Shown here: piece by piece, positions 1 through 11,472 of the stretch
How the letters are laid out: each line of letters opens with the position of its first letter
Position numbering within the stretch: position 1 is the stretch's first letter
Assembly: GCA_002104905.1 (NCBI GenBank)
Contig: MCFE01000158.1
Coordinates: 1-64,000, forward strand
Length of the DNA stretch: 64,000 nucleotides
DNA from: Basidiobolus meristosporus CBS 931.73
Lineage: Eukaryota > Fungi > Basidiobolomycota
Direction: 5' to 3'
Made by a program: the position numbers and the translations under genes
Notes under the pieces: model-generated
The model's database searches: none
What the model was told of the DNA's origin: nothing
Seen by the model: only the letters and a program-made list of their open reading frames with translations

Positions 1-719
1 AGGGATGTGTAGGCAGAAACAGATGCATCAGTGCAGCATTTATCAAGGAGAAAACATAGTTGAATACAAGAAGCACTGAGTCATGGCAGCAGTTAAGGAC
101 TTGAAAGTAATAAACACCTGCAGCTTTCTCAGGTACACAAACATAGGAGGTGATTGAGTTTCTGGGATCATAAAATGAAAGAATTGGCAGAGGACTAATC
201 AAAAGCCACTTATGCATTGTGTGATGAAAAATTTGACCAAGTTTTTTGTGAAATCTGGGTGCAATTATTTTTCAATGGTCTTTTGCATGGTGTCTGGACT
301 GGATCAATACCTCTTAGTCATGGGGATTTTAATTTTGCAATGGCCTTCTGACAGGATCATGACTGTTGTAAGAATCTTGGAGATATTGGAAGTGATTGGG
401 AGAACAAGTAGATTATGTGTTTTTCACTTAATGATTTATTGAATGTAAAAGTAGTATTTATACTTTTACATGGTCTTGGCATTACAAGCAAGTAGAATAG
501 GTTAAGGAAGGTCCCAAGAACATGTGTGCAAAGTTTGGGGCTGTTTGGACAACTTTGAGAATTTTCATGTTCTGGGTACCTGGCATTTTGGTGAAAATAC
601 TCTAAGTAAATCCCAACAAGGAATTTGGTCAGTATTCTCTAGGATTTGAAGGTGATGATCTAAGTGACTAAGTTAGGTGAATATTTAGGTGGAATTACGA
701 ATTTTTTACTACAATGACA
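1..719. repeat. Degenerate repeat mosaic: a fragment of the 207-bp unit family (1-132) plus 'module B' (133-719, interrupted by a solo LTR)
   Basis: 1-132 is the reverse complement of the unit at ~53200-53290. 133-363 matches 46691-46925 (inverted) and 53525-53643 (direct). CpG-depleted. Confidence 0.7.
364..713 (-). mobile_element. Solo LTR of a Ty1/copia family
   Basis: TGTTGTA...CTACA termini; identical 5-bp flanks ATGAC (359-363, 714-718); homologous to 46263-46610 and to the PBS-adjacent LTR fragment at 54574. Confidence 0.85.
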
Positions 720-759
720 ATTATATCTCATAGGGAACATAAGTTAGTTTACCTATTAG

Positions 760-1290
760 AGAAGTGGCCTACCCCATAATTGGCTTGCTTCTTTGCACTT
801 GGAGTAGTTCTAAAAGAAAATAAAGATTTCCTCTACTTGGTGACTCTCCCTCTGCTGAAGAGTACTGGCCCCCTTTGTTTAGTGTGAGTCTTAACAAAAA
901 TAACTTCTCAAAGCATCTCCAAAGAAATAAATCCCTCTAATGTCTCCTACAAGTCTAGTTAGTCTAGCATCTTGAGAACACCAAACCTAGCCTGCCTAGC
1001 ATACCTACCTCTGTCATTTTAGTAGTAAATCCTTGTTGCATTCCTCTGGGATATTAGTACAGATCCATTGCTGATATTGCCTCTATAACCCAACAGCTTT
1101 AAGACCCAGCACTTGACTGTTCATTATTCAGTATGCTTTAGTGCAAGAGCTTTATATTTTTTCTTGGACACAACATATTCTTCACCCATGACAATATCCT
1201 AAAGTCCTCTTTCCTGTAGCAGCATCTTCATCTTCACCTTCCAGACCAGGTAGTTAAATCCATCCAGCTTTTCAGCAGAAGACTGAATAC
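760..1290 (-). pseudogene. Degenerate Ty1/copia gag remnant
   Basis: Minus strand reads NYLVWKVKMKMLLQERGL (copia gag N-terminus), homologous to the gag at 54243-54500; stops and frameshifts follow. Confidence 0.75.
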
Positions 1291-1656
1291 AGTAATAGCG
1301 GTAGTAGACAATTCAGAGAGTAAGCGTAAGGTGGTTGATTTGAAAATAATGGACAGTGAAGTAGTCCAACCAACATATATAATGGCACCAAGCAGGGAAA
1401 AAGCAAATTGGGAATGTGGCATTGAAAGTGAGGGGACTAAGATTCTACCAGTAAAATCACCATTTCAATGCACAATGCAATAAACATAAGAAACCATAAT
1501 TGTGTGCTATGCATATGCATTAGTTAAACGATTATCAGTTCACAAATACACAATCCACGGACTAACCCGAAGTTCCCGAAATTCCCAAAAATAGAACAAT
1601 GTAGAGAAGAGAATGGATATAACTTTTATTACTATTATTAGGGCGACAATCTAACA

Positions 1657-2170
1657 TCAAATAAGCACATTCAATCCGGAGTGAAGGCCGGGGCGGATCA
1701 TCAGAGGGAGCGAAGGCTGGGGCGGATCATCGAAGGCCAGTGGGCCAGATTTAACAACTTGGTAATCAAGGCTAGATTCGACAAGGATTTGAAAATATGC
1801 CAAATAAGTCAAAGCAAACCATAACTGATCTTCGCCTCCCATAACCATCATATTGTGCGTTTCATCAAGGAGGACGCGTTATCTTGACAAAAGGCGCAAC
1901 GTCATCTCTAACAACTCCTCCATGATTTGCGAAACGATTGTTTTGCTGTGACCTGATCATATAATCAACAGCCAGAAGAGATCCTCACTTGCGGTTAACT
2001 CGGTCAGCTCTATTTAATTGGCCAAGTGGTTACACGATTTCCAGATATCTACTGGTCCTGTTGTTGTCAGCGAAGTTGAACCACTCTCTTACCCTTCTCC
2101 CACCCTGTGAAGTGCTTTTCAAAGCGTACTTGTTTAGTGCCATTTGAGTGAAAGTCGTGGTTCCATTCAC
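1657..2170 (-). pseudogene. Putative spliced pseudogene, unknown family
   Basis: Removing two GT-AG introns (2058-2092, 1953-1988) gives one frame ...HFTGWEKGPVDIWKSCNHLAN*IELTELTASHSKTIVSQIMEELLEMTLRLLSR*RVLLDETHNMMVMGG... with two internal TAA. Confidence 0.3.
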
Positions 2171-2256
2171 TGCTGTATTTGTTAAGAGGCATTCACAGCA
2201 CACCTCCTTTCGATTCACCCAAGGCTCCATCCGGTTCCACCTAAACATAAAAAATC

Positions 2257-3612
2257 ATGAATTCTAAAACCATGTCCCAAGTATGCATCATAACACCCTT
2301 CAGTTTACAACTTCCATTTTTAACCATTCTTCCTTGCTAGTATATTTTGCCAGCTCCGTGTAGCAAAGATGCCAACGGCTATACTGCCCTGAACGAGTAT
2401 GAGTACAATGATCCTGGTAAGCCAACTCAATACACTCACTGGCTTCGCAGCTCCTAAACTGAGCCTCTTTTCGCTTAGATCATGTGCTTTCAGGTCTGGT
2501 AGAGCAAGTTAACAACATTCACGACATAAACCAACTTAAACAAATGGTGATAGAGAAAGAAAAGGAACTCCACCTGGCTGCCACAATAGGCTTCTCGATT
2601 GCCAAAAAAAATGAGGATTTGGAGCAGAAGATCCGAAACCACCTACCGTGCAGCCACCTCATTTCCGATGAGTTGGAATTGGAAAAGCTGCTCTTGAGCA
2701 AATTGACCGAAACCCAGGAAATATCGCACAAACTTCATGAAAGCGAAGATACTGTTCGGACGCTCAGCAAGTCGAACCGAGATATGCACAGAGAACTGAA
2801 TTCGCTGAAAGAGGATTTCCAGCAATTTCGCACAGAGATTGATGGCATCATCGGGGAAATGGGCACCATGAAGCACCACATGAGTGATACCAAATCGAAC
2901 TCCGCTGCGATCAACAAACGAATTGGTTCGTATTCCGGTCCACCCCAACCTGCCTTCCCCTCTTGCTTATTTTCTTTGGCTAGATTACATTGAACAAGAC
3001 TTGGAGCTGACCAAAGAAACGGTGGTCAATTTCCACGAGGAGGTCGGCCACGCCATGGATTATCAGCAACAACAGACCCAGGAGCTAAGCAACCGTTTGA
3101 AGATCGTGCAAGAGCAGATACTGAAGGTAGCCCTTCCTCACCAAGTAATCCCCGAGCATTGAACTAATCGTATCGTACACACGCAGGCACACGATGATTT
3201 CTCTACGAACATCATTTCTCTCGATGAGCGTCAATCGTATCTCGAGAACAAGATGTGCTCTCTGTTCGACGACTATAAGCTTCTTCTCGACGACGCGCAG
3301 AGCACCATCCACTCATTGAGTGAATCCAGACTGGAGTCGGCTTTACCAGATAGATGCGAAGAAGCACTGGTCTCTGTCGAGAGACATCGCGAGGCTCAAG
3401 AAACCCCCACGCGAGCTCGGACCAGCGCCAGCATGGCCACGCACACTCCAGTTGCCTCCGCATCTAGGTTATCCATAGGAAGAAAATTCACCAGCCCTCT
3501 CGATGGACTCAAGAACTTGGTGGCTACAAAGGGTCTTGGTGAGGTCGCCCAAATCTCTACGGACGATTGCGAGGAAGCACCCGCAGTTTTGCATTCGTAC
3601 ACCGTACTGTAG
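2257..3612 (+). CDS. Multi-exon coiled-coil protein with an AAxxG (CC1-box-like) motif
   Basis: Spliced frame MSQ|YILPAP...NDP|DHVLSGL... joins ORFs 2484, 2884 and 3253; heptad-rich; contains KEKELHLAATIGFSIAKKNEDLEQK. Confidence 0.75.
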
Positions 3613-3897
3613 AGACGGCCGAACAATGGATTTTAAGTGTATTTAGAGCGGATCGCTAATAAATATTTCGTAATGATCTTTAACACAAACCACGCTTTGA
3701 ACGGTACTACTCATTTATTTGAAGGCTGGAGTCAGTGTTGGGCATGTTATAGAAAGTGAATCTGGAAATGGCGTATGTTTGATGAAATTGCAGTGGAGTT
3801 TAACGAGCTTTAAAGAAATTGCATGGTTTTGGCGAGAAATTAGAGTAAGCTGAGGATTGACCTAAAAAGCTTAACAACTTCCTCGAACTCCTGTTCT

Positions 3898-4835
3898 TCA
3901 TTCCTTCTTGGGGGTCTCGAGTTGCTTAGGCATATCATCACGTCCAGGGCCGGTCTGTTCCCAGGCAGAGCTGTAGTCGAAGTTACGATGGGCCTGAGCC
4001 ATCTCCAAGGGCTCAGCGACAACTCTCTTGCGGTCTTCATCATATCTAACCTCGACATAGCCGGTCAATGGGAAATCCTTTCTCAATGGATGTCCTTCGA
4101 AACCGTAGTCGGTCAAGATACGGCGAAGATCTGGGTGACCAGAGAAGTAGATACCGTACATATCCCACGCCTCTCTCTCGAACCAGTTAGCGCCGTTGAA
4201 AAGACCAACGGAAGATGGGACGGGGGTAACTTCATCGCAGTAGGTTTTCACTCTGATGCGAGAGTTGTAGCGCAAGCTGAGAAGATTGTATACGACTTCG
4301 AAACGGTTAGTGCGTCCTGGGTAATCAGCACCGCAAATGTCCACAAGGGACTTGAACTGTGCGGAATCATGATCTCTAAGGAACTCCAACACTTCCAGCA
4401 CGCTGGTTGGGGCCACGTGTAGGGTGAGTTCATCTTTATAAACGGAGAATTGCTGGATATACTTGGGAAGGACACTCATCAGGTACTTTCCATATTCGTG
4501 AACTGAAGCATTATCAGACTTGAAGTTGGGATCAGCAGGGTTAGAAACCTTTTTGTCCTCTATTGTTTTGCAATTCAGGGAGAGATGTGGTACGTAAGTT
4601 CATTAAGATAAGCTGGTATATGCGATAAAAGTAAATGGACGGGTACCTTCGTTAAGGAAAGAAATAGAGTGGAAACCAGAGGCTCTGGGGAGAATGCTAC
4701 GTGTAACTCTGACCCCTAAGGATAAGGAAAGGTTAGCGTGGAAGTTCACAGTGGCAACATCAGTGCAGATATACCTTGTGTTGCGAATGCTCTGCGAGCC
4801 AAAGGTCTGAAAGAAGCCAAAAGTCTAGTGTTCAT
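3898..4835 (-). CDS. NDUFS3: NADH:ubiquinone oxidoreductase 30 kDa subunit (NDUFS3/NuoC), with mitochondrial presequence
   Basis: [40 protein letters not shown] signature; upstream exons begin [17 protein letters not shown] at 4835. Confidence 0.95.
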
Positions 4836-5196
4836 TTTGTCCAAAAGACCAACCAGAAAGGGAGTATTTGAAAATGGCTTATTGTGTCTCTCTTGAATGC
4901 GAAATTCCTGTACCCAATGACTTCCTACTCACCCCAAAAAAACCCCGGCGCTCCACATTGATTTCTGTTGGGTGTGGGGTATTCTCAACACTCATGCACT
5001 AGACTTAATCAACATTTGTTGGTTAGTTGAGAAGGCGGATTAGACTTGCACCAAACCACCCCCAATAAGATAAGCAGTAATGCAAATTGAAATCAACCAT
5101 TAAAAATTTCTCCTGGAACGAGTCGATTTGTTTCTCGAAAAACTTTTAGTCATTTCCTACATCAAGATGCGGGTTTGTCTGGATCGTTGTCACATC

Positions 5197-5658
5197 ATGT
5201 TGTTAAGCAAACTTTCTGTGAATACCGCTCGTAGCGGACTAGTTCAAAGAGTAGTATCTCAGGGTGCTGTAGGATATTCGGTCAGAGGATATGCTACCAC
5301 TGACTCCACCGCCAAAAAATACCCTGACCCTGAGCGTTTCTACCAAACCGTCATTTTGACCAATGGCGCTACCTTCAAGCTCCGTACCACTTCCCCACGT
5401 CCCCAAATCACCCTCTCCAAGGATACCAGAAGCCATCCACTTTGGAACCCACAGATCGAAACCACTCTTGACGATGATAGCGGTAAAATCTCCAAGTTCT
5501 CCAAGAAATTCGGAGAGCTTGATGACCTTGCCGACTTGGACTTCTTTGACCTCCCTGAAGGCACAACCAGCACCACCTTCTCTCGTCTAGCTACCCATGA
5601 GGAAACCCTTATTGCCGACAAGGCTAGAAGACACGGCGGTAACAAGAAGAAGAAATAA
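5197..5658 (+). CDS. MRPL36: Mitochondrial ribosomal protein bL31m (Mrpl36-like)
   Basis: FYQTVILTNGATFKLRTTSPRPQITLSKDTRSHPLWNP motif; presequence-like N-terminus MLLSKLSVNTARS. Confidence 0.85.
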   Translation: MLLSKLSVNTARSGLVQRVVSQGAVGYSVRGYATTDSTAKKYPDPERFYQTVILTNGATFKLRTTSPRPQITLSKDTRSHPLWNPQIETTLDDDSGKISKFSKKFGELDDLADLDFFDLPEGTTSTTFSRLATHEETLIADKARRHGGNKKKK

Positions 5659-6063
5659 GCGAATTCCAACTAACTGAGCCGGAACGCTTTCCATTTAGAC
5701 AACACGCTTCAGCCTATAAGCTTTGTTAGCTCCATTCGCATTCATTCAAGCAAAACACACCATATCTCATTAAATAAACCCGAGGTCGAAACCACTATTG
5801 CTTCACTCCACTAGACATTTCTTCCATTCGCACACATTTACCGTACATACTCTCAATGCGCCTCATCCTCAAAATCACATGATCGGTTGATAGATTAACC
5901 AAGCATCCCGAAAGATCGCTCCAAAATCTGACAAAAAATACTCCTGAAGAGTAATACGACGTAAGGTTCTGCATGTTTCCCTCTAAAAGGTAACATAGAG
6001 AATAAACTATCAAGTGTGTTATTAGGAGGCTGGACATAGAATATACGAACACACGTTTCCACC

Positions 6064-8903
6064 ATGCCTTCACAAAAGCGACAATCCTTCCGAAATAGCG
6101 TAAACATATTCACCTCATTTAAGCCGTTTTCTTTCGGAGCTGACAGAAACTCTGGCACTTCGAAGAAGAGCACCAGTGAAGAGAAACCAGGCCTTGAAAA
6201 CTTGCCCGGAAGAATACTACTAGAGATATTGAATTACCTGCCTGTTTCCGATTTACTATCTATTTCATGTACAAGTGTCCGTTTGAGTAGCTTATTCTAT
6301 GACGAGGAAATCTACCTGCGAAAATTACGCCTGATGGGGGTTGAAGGGAATTCTTGTGTGGCTGAAAAAACCGACGAATCAGAAACCAAAACTGAGTTGG
6401 TGAAGAAACCCCAGTTCTCAGCAAGAGAGGAATTTATCAAGCAATACACTGAGCTTATTCGGTTCTATGTCGATTTTCGTAAAACCGGAGGCAGAGACTT
6501 CCTACTGTTTAATGACTCTCGAAGTATGGCAAACATCGGCTCTATGCTTCAGCGGCTGATAAGGTTCTCCGATATACAGCCAGTAAGAGATGCTACGAAG
6601 GTATTGTTTTGTCCTTTACCAGCAATATTCTCTTCTCATTGGTGTATAGACTGAATAGAAAGCGTTACGTACTAGATACACATGACCTTGGAAGCGGTAT
6701 ATTATGGGTTTGAAAGTGCCATGCTTCGTCAATTTGAAGAAGCCTACGACGAAGACAATACTGAGGAGATGAAGGTACAATACGATCCATTAGCACTTTT
6801 CCCCGCACCAGCTCTTAATTTTTCCAAGAATTTGGCACAAGCGTTGATCAATCTGAATGGCGGGAACTCTTGCTTCCATGTATTCATTCACAAGTGCCCG
6901 TTGTTCTATGCGAGTCACCTTGATCCCAAGCAAAAGTAAGCTCATTTGGGTCTTTAGTCTGCCAGAGTTCTAACGTTACACCTGGGTAGCTTCTACGACA
7001 GCCTTGATCAGACCCAACCAGTATCTACGGTCACATTTGAGCCTTTGGAGGAATTTGCGGACTATTTGTTCAAAGGGATGTCGAAAGAATACTCGAGAAT
7101 ACAGCAGGTGTTCCCCGAAGAATGCGGCGTGTTTGACAGATTGCTGGAAAGGGTGTTTCAAGATATAGTAAGTGAGCTTGCCAGGAGGATTGTTTGAACC
7201 AGAATTGAACTCTAGTACCTGTAGGTGCGGCCGTACATAGTCGAGCTCATAGACACGTCATACGAAATACACGCTCAGACTTATTTCCGAGCACTGATGA
7301 ATTCATTTTACCACTGCACCGTGCTCTCTGAGGACATTGCGAAGGACACCTCTAGCCCAGCACAACGGAAAGCCCATCTGTTTTCCTTGTTTGAGCCGTT
7401 TATTGACGAGTACGTGGTTCGAGAAGCATCTCGACTAGAATCACAATATGATACGTGGATTGGCATGTGGGGTTCAAAGGTACATCTATCAATCTCCGTA
7501 CGGCGAGGCTTTTACTCAAACCACTCCTCCAGTTGGATGAACTTAGGATAGTTGACGAGCATGAAGCCCCGCAAAAAAAGTCGATGTTTCAGGGTGTGAA
7601 TGTAGCCATCTTTAAAAGAAACTGGTTGAAGAAAACCACGAAAACCCTATCCTCAGAGAGCGGAAATGCCGGAACGAAAAACCACCCGTTAGATAATTTC
7701 TCGCCTGACATGACGAGGCTATCGAGTCAAGAAGAAAGCGCTCCATTCCAACTGAACGATCTACAGCTGCTGCTCTCAGTCGACCTTGCTCTGCAAATGA
7801 TTAACATCAACAAAGAGGCGTTGCAGAGATGCGTTTGCTTTTCTGGAGCACCCGCCGACTCGCCAGTGAAAAAGGTGATACATGACTGTATTGAACGGAT
7901 CTTCACCTTGTTGTTGAAGAAGCTTTGTGCCGGGAATATCGAACCGGGCTTCGCGATAGCTACAGAGCGTCTGGGGGCATACAAAGCCGATTTCGACTCG
8001 GCCTTGGATTCGGTAGCACCAATCTTGGAGTTCTTCGAATTAGTCCACATCGGGGATCTGATATTGCAGATGGTTGATGTATACTACAAGCAAGAGGTGT
8101 GCCAATTCGTAGATCCGAACGATTTCCTCTCGGAGGCTGTCAACGAGAAGCGACAATTCGAGAGGAAGCTAGATGACTGCGTGGCAGCCGGTCTCGACAA
8201 AAGTATCGAGGTAAGCATTCACAAGATGAGGGATCTATATCTTTGTGACCTGACCCTCCCTCAAGGCCTTGATGCAGCAGGCAGAGTTCATATTAAGATC
8301 AAAGCAAGTGCCGACGGAATTCCTACCCAACGACAAAGCCAACCCCGACCTAAAGCCCACCCAAGTAATTCTTACAACTTCAATCCCACCACTACCAGTC
8401 TTCTAACCGGAATTGCAGGCATGCACGGAAACCGTTAAATGCCTAACCACTCACACCAAGCTGGTGGTGGGTGGCATCGACAAGCAAACCCTCGATGTGT
8501 TCCTGGCCGAAATCGGGTATCGCTTTTTCGGACTCCTTGGGAAACACATCAAGCGATTCACTATTAATGAGGCTGGCGGATTCCAGTTGATCAGGTGACT
8601 TCGTTTGCTGGCCAGTGACCACCGAAACGTACTAACCCCTCTCTTAGCGATCTCAACCTATATCACGAATGGGCTTGCTCTTCCCTGAGGGGTCAGCCAG
8701 AAGCGATCAGCTACTTCACTGCGCTCAAGGAGTTGGGCAACATATACATCGTGTCCCCCGACCATCTTAGAGAGCTGCTGCATGACGCACGTCGGTACCA
8801 GGGAGTTCTTCGGATCGAAGATGTGTATGAGTTCGTGGCTCTCCGCTCAGACTACAGGAAGATCGCCAAGAAGGTTGAGATTGAAGACTGCATCGTTATG
8901 TAA
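6064..8903 (+). CDS. RCY1: F-box plus Sec10-like domain protein (Rcy1/Pof6, recyclin-1)
   Basis: F-box LENLPGRILLEILNYLPVSDLLSISCTS; Sec10-like C-terminus LGKHIKRFTINEAGGFQLI(R)DLNLYHEW; multi-exon, stop TAA at 8901-8903. Confidence 0.85.
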
Positions 8904-8982
8904 GCCTATCTTGCGTCATTGTGTAATATATCAATTCGAAAGCCAGTATATATAATTGAATAAAAGATGCTACTTTATTGAT

Positions 8983-9560
8983 CTAACTGCCTCTGTAGGT
9001 GGAGTAAGAGTAGGGACTCAAGAGAAGGGGAATATGGTAGTGCTCCTCAGGGTTGGTGATTTCGAAGGTGATCTATCAGATTGGTTAGCTACCAGCAAGA
9101 GGAGTCGGGAGTTATTGAAGGGATTTTTACCTTGACGTAAGGATAGAAGCACTTCTTTCCTTGTCTTTCGTAGTATTCGGCGGTTTCGAAAGTGACCTGG
9201 TAGATTCCAGCCTTCAAGTCGTAGTCCAAAGCAAGGAGCTCGGGGCAGCGGCCGTCAGTGTTGGTGAGGCTAGACAGAAAACGGGCTCAGTACCAAAGGA
9301 AACGGCACGTCAGCCTTCAAAACGCACTTACCCTCCACCGATAACTTGCCAGTGGATGTTCTCCAACTTCTCGATGGTCAACTTGACGTCCTGGGCAGGT
9401 CTGCCGACGGAAGAGTCGAGGACGTGAGCGGTGACTGGGCTTCTAGTACGCATAGCAGGCTGCAAGTATGTTAGAGTAGGTGCTTATGAGCAGTGGCTTC
9501 AACAGTAGGTACCTTCAGGTGAGAGGCTAAGGCTTGAAGTCTTTGGGTGGTGTTAGACAT
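8983..9560 (-). CDS. uraH: 5-hydroxyisourate hydrolase (transthyretin-like), with N-terminal PTS2
   Basis: Four exons: MSNTTQRLQALASHLK|PAMRTRSPVTAHVLDSSVGRPA...|LTNTDGRC...|...HYHIPLLLSPYSYSTYRGS*; diagnostic C-terminal YRGS. Not in the ORF track. Confidence 0.93.
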
Positions 9561-10235
9561 CACTCTACTCTATCCGAACCACCGTATTCATCTTTTATAA
9601 AATCTATGCTTGCCGATTCGCATCTCATCAATTTTTGATAATCAAGGCGGTTTTTTATCTAAGATGCTGGTGAAAATCGAAGTCACATGTGGGTACTCAC
9701 TGATCAACATAAATAATACTATAATTCGTTGCCACCCATTATTTGCCCACAATTTGCCCACAATTTGCCCTTCATGCACTGCAAGAATTATCGCCGAAAA
9801 AACCATCGCCTTCTTCCGGATTGGAATTCGTCTGATTGATGTGCTACGCATACTCCATTCGTTAGGTGATCTCAAGATAGCACAGAATCGCCTCAACCTC
9901 TTGTACGCTTCAATGGTGAGCATAAAGCACTTCGGGTGCAATCATTTGCAGTGTGCTCTATTAGTAGCGATATATATATATAGCCATGAGAATCAACCAT
10001 CACCATTTGACCATTTGTATTGACGACACTGTTAGTATGGTACTTTCCAATCAGCTACACTTGTGCTCCTTTACCACACGTTGTGGCTCTAGACTTGATC
10101 CACAGACAAGAGGTTGTATGGTTGGGAAATCTTTATAAAAAAGTGATATATAGAAATGAATGGTTTGGTACTCCAGCAGAATCTTTGGGTTGTTGCTATT
10201 TCTTTCTATTATGATCAAAAGGAAATGCGAAATGT

Positions 10236-11075
10236 TTATTGTTCTGTGTTGGGTGTGAATGCTTGCTCGGCCAATTGCTGCATTTGACGCCTAGGAGTTA
10301 GATTGAGGTTAGCTCGCACTTCTTGTGGTTGGGTATATCCATATAGAAACTTACATCTCCTTCCTCTTTGCGTAAAGCGCTTCGGTTTCTGCCAATGCCT
10401 CGTCTTCCTTCTCGATAGCCCACTGTGTGGAGCTCTTCGCCATATCGGCACCAAAGTGCTGGGCTTGTTGCTTGGCAATCATGAGCTCGGCATCCTCTCG
10501 TGACTTTACCTTGTAGAATTCAGAAGTAGCTAACACATAGGCCTCGCGAGTAGTGTAGCCTTGTGACATAAGGTAAAGTTGATACTGAATAACACTGGCG
10601 GAATCGAGCAGAGTCAGTAACCAAGAATACACATGCCTCAGGCAGGAATGGAGGCTTACCTTTCACCGTTGACCTCTTGTGGCTTCTTGCCATCCTCTTG
10701 GACCAACTTGCTCCAATCGGAGCGGTTTTGTCCGTCGATTTCCATCAACATGCGAGGACGTAAGAGTTCTTGAGGGTGGTCTTTGTAGAACTGACGTCTT
10801 AATTTATCTTCGGGATATTCAATCTTGGGTGGTTTAACTGTCTTATATCTCATCCATTTCTTAACTTTCTTAGCTGGCTTGTTTGCCGCCTTCTTCTCTT
10901 TCTCGAAGGGTAAGGTACCAGTGGTATCGAACTTGGAGACAGAGCGCACAATGCTTGGGCCAGGTGGGATTTTTCTGACGGCTGAGAGCCACGCGGGCTC
11001 TTCTCTAATGAGCTTTCCCTTGAGCAGACGGGAAACAGTTTTGTGAACCTCGGTGGGGGCCTTCCTGAACGACAT
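10236..11075 (-). CDS. RSM25: Mitochondrial ribosomal protein mS23 (Rsm25)
   Basis: PAWLSAVRKIPP, KPPKIEYPEDKLRRQFYKDHPQELLRPR, SVIQYQLYLM, AYVLATSEFY; three exons. Confidence 0.88.
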
Positions 11076-11472
11076 GTTTACGAGGGAAATAGACTGGTGG
11101 AACTAACAGAAAGCGACCTTCTATGCTGTTGTCTAACTAAAACACTAGCCCACTTCCAGGTCTTATTTTTGTCAGTAAAAGATGAGTTCAAATCACCATC
11201 CATAAAAATTTATCTATCCCCCATCCCTCATCCCCCACCTAAACACCGATTCCGCCTCAAGCAGGCAGATCCACAAAAGTGCAAAAATTTTCGCGGAGAT
11301 GCGAGTGAAATCATGGAAATTCATTTGTCTGGCTGATTCTTGGATTTTGGGTTACCAACATTAATCCGACTTCTATCAAATAACAGATGGGGAAATATAC
11401 AAAATTTGCTTTCTCTATTTACACGAAGACATTAGAAGCTAGGGTAGGTAAACGCGATAGATACAATGTGGA

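Noticed and set aside
1879-2016. In-frame TAAs read as stop-codon reassignment
   Set aside because: Many conserved genes here (RCY1, TUP1, IPP1, TMA22) end in TAA at the expected position; pseudogenisation is simpler.
9610-10214. ORFs of 137, 99 and 64 aa between the HIUase and RSM25 genes
   Set aside because: Mostly non-ATG starts, AT-rich intergenic composition, no motifs or convincing splice structure.
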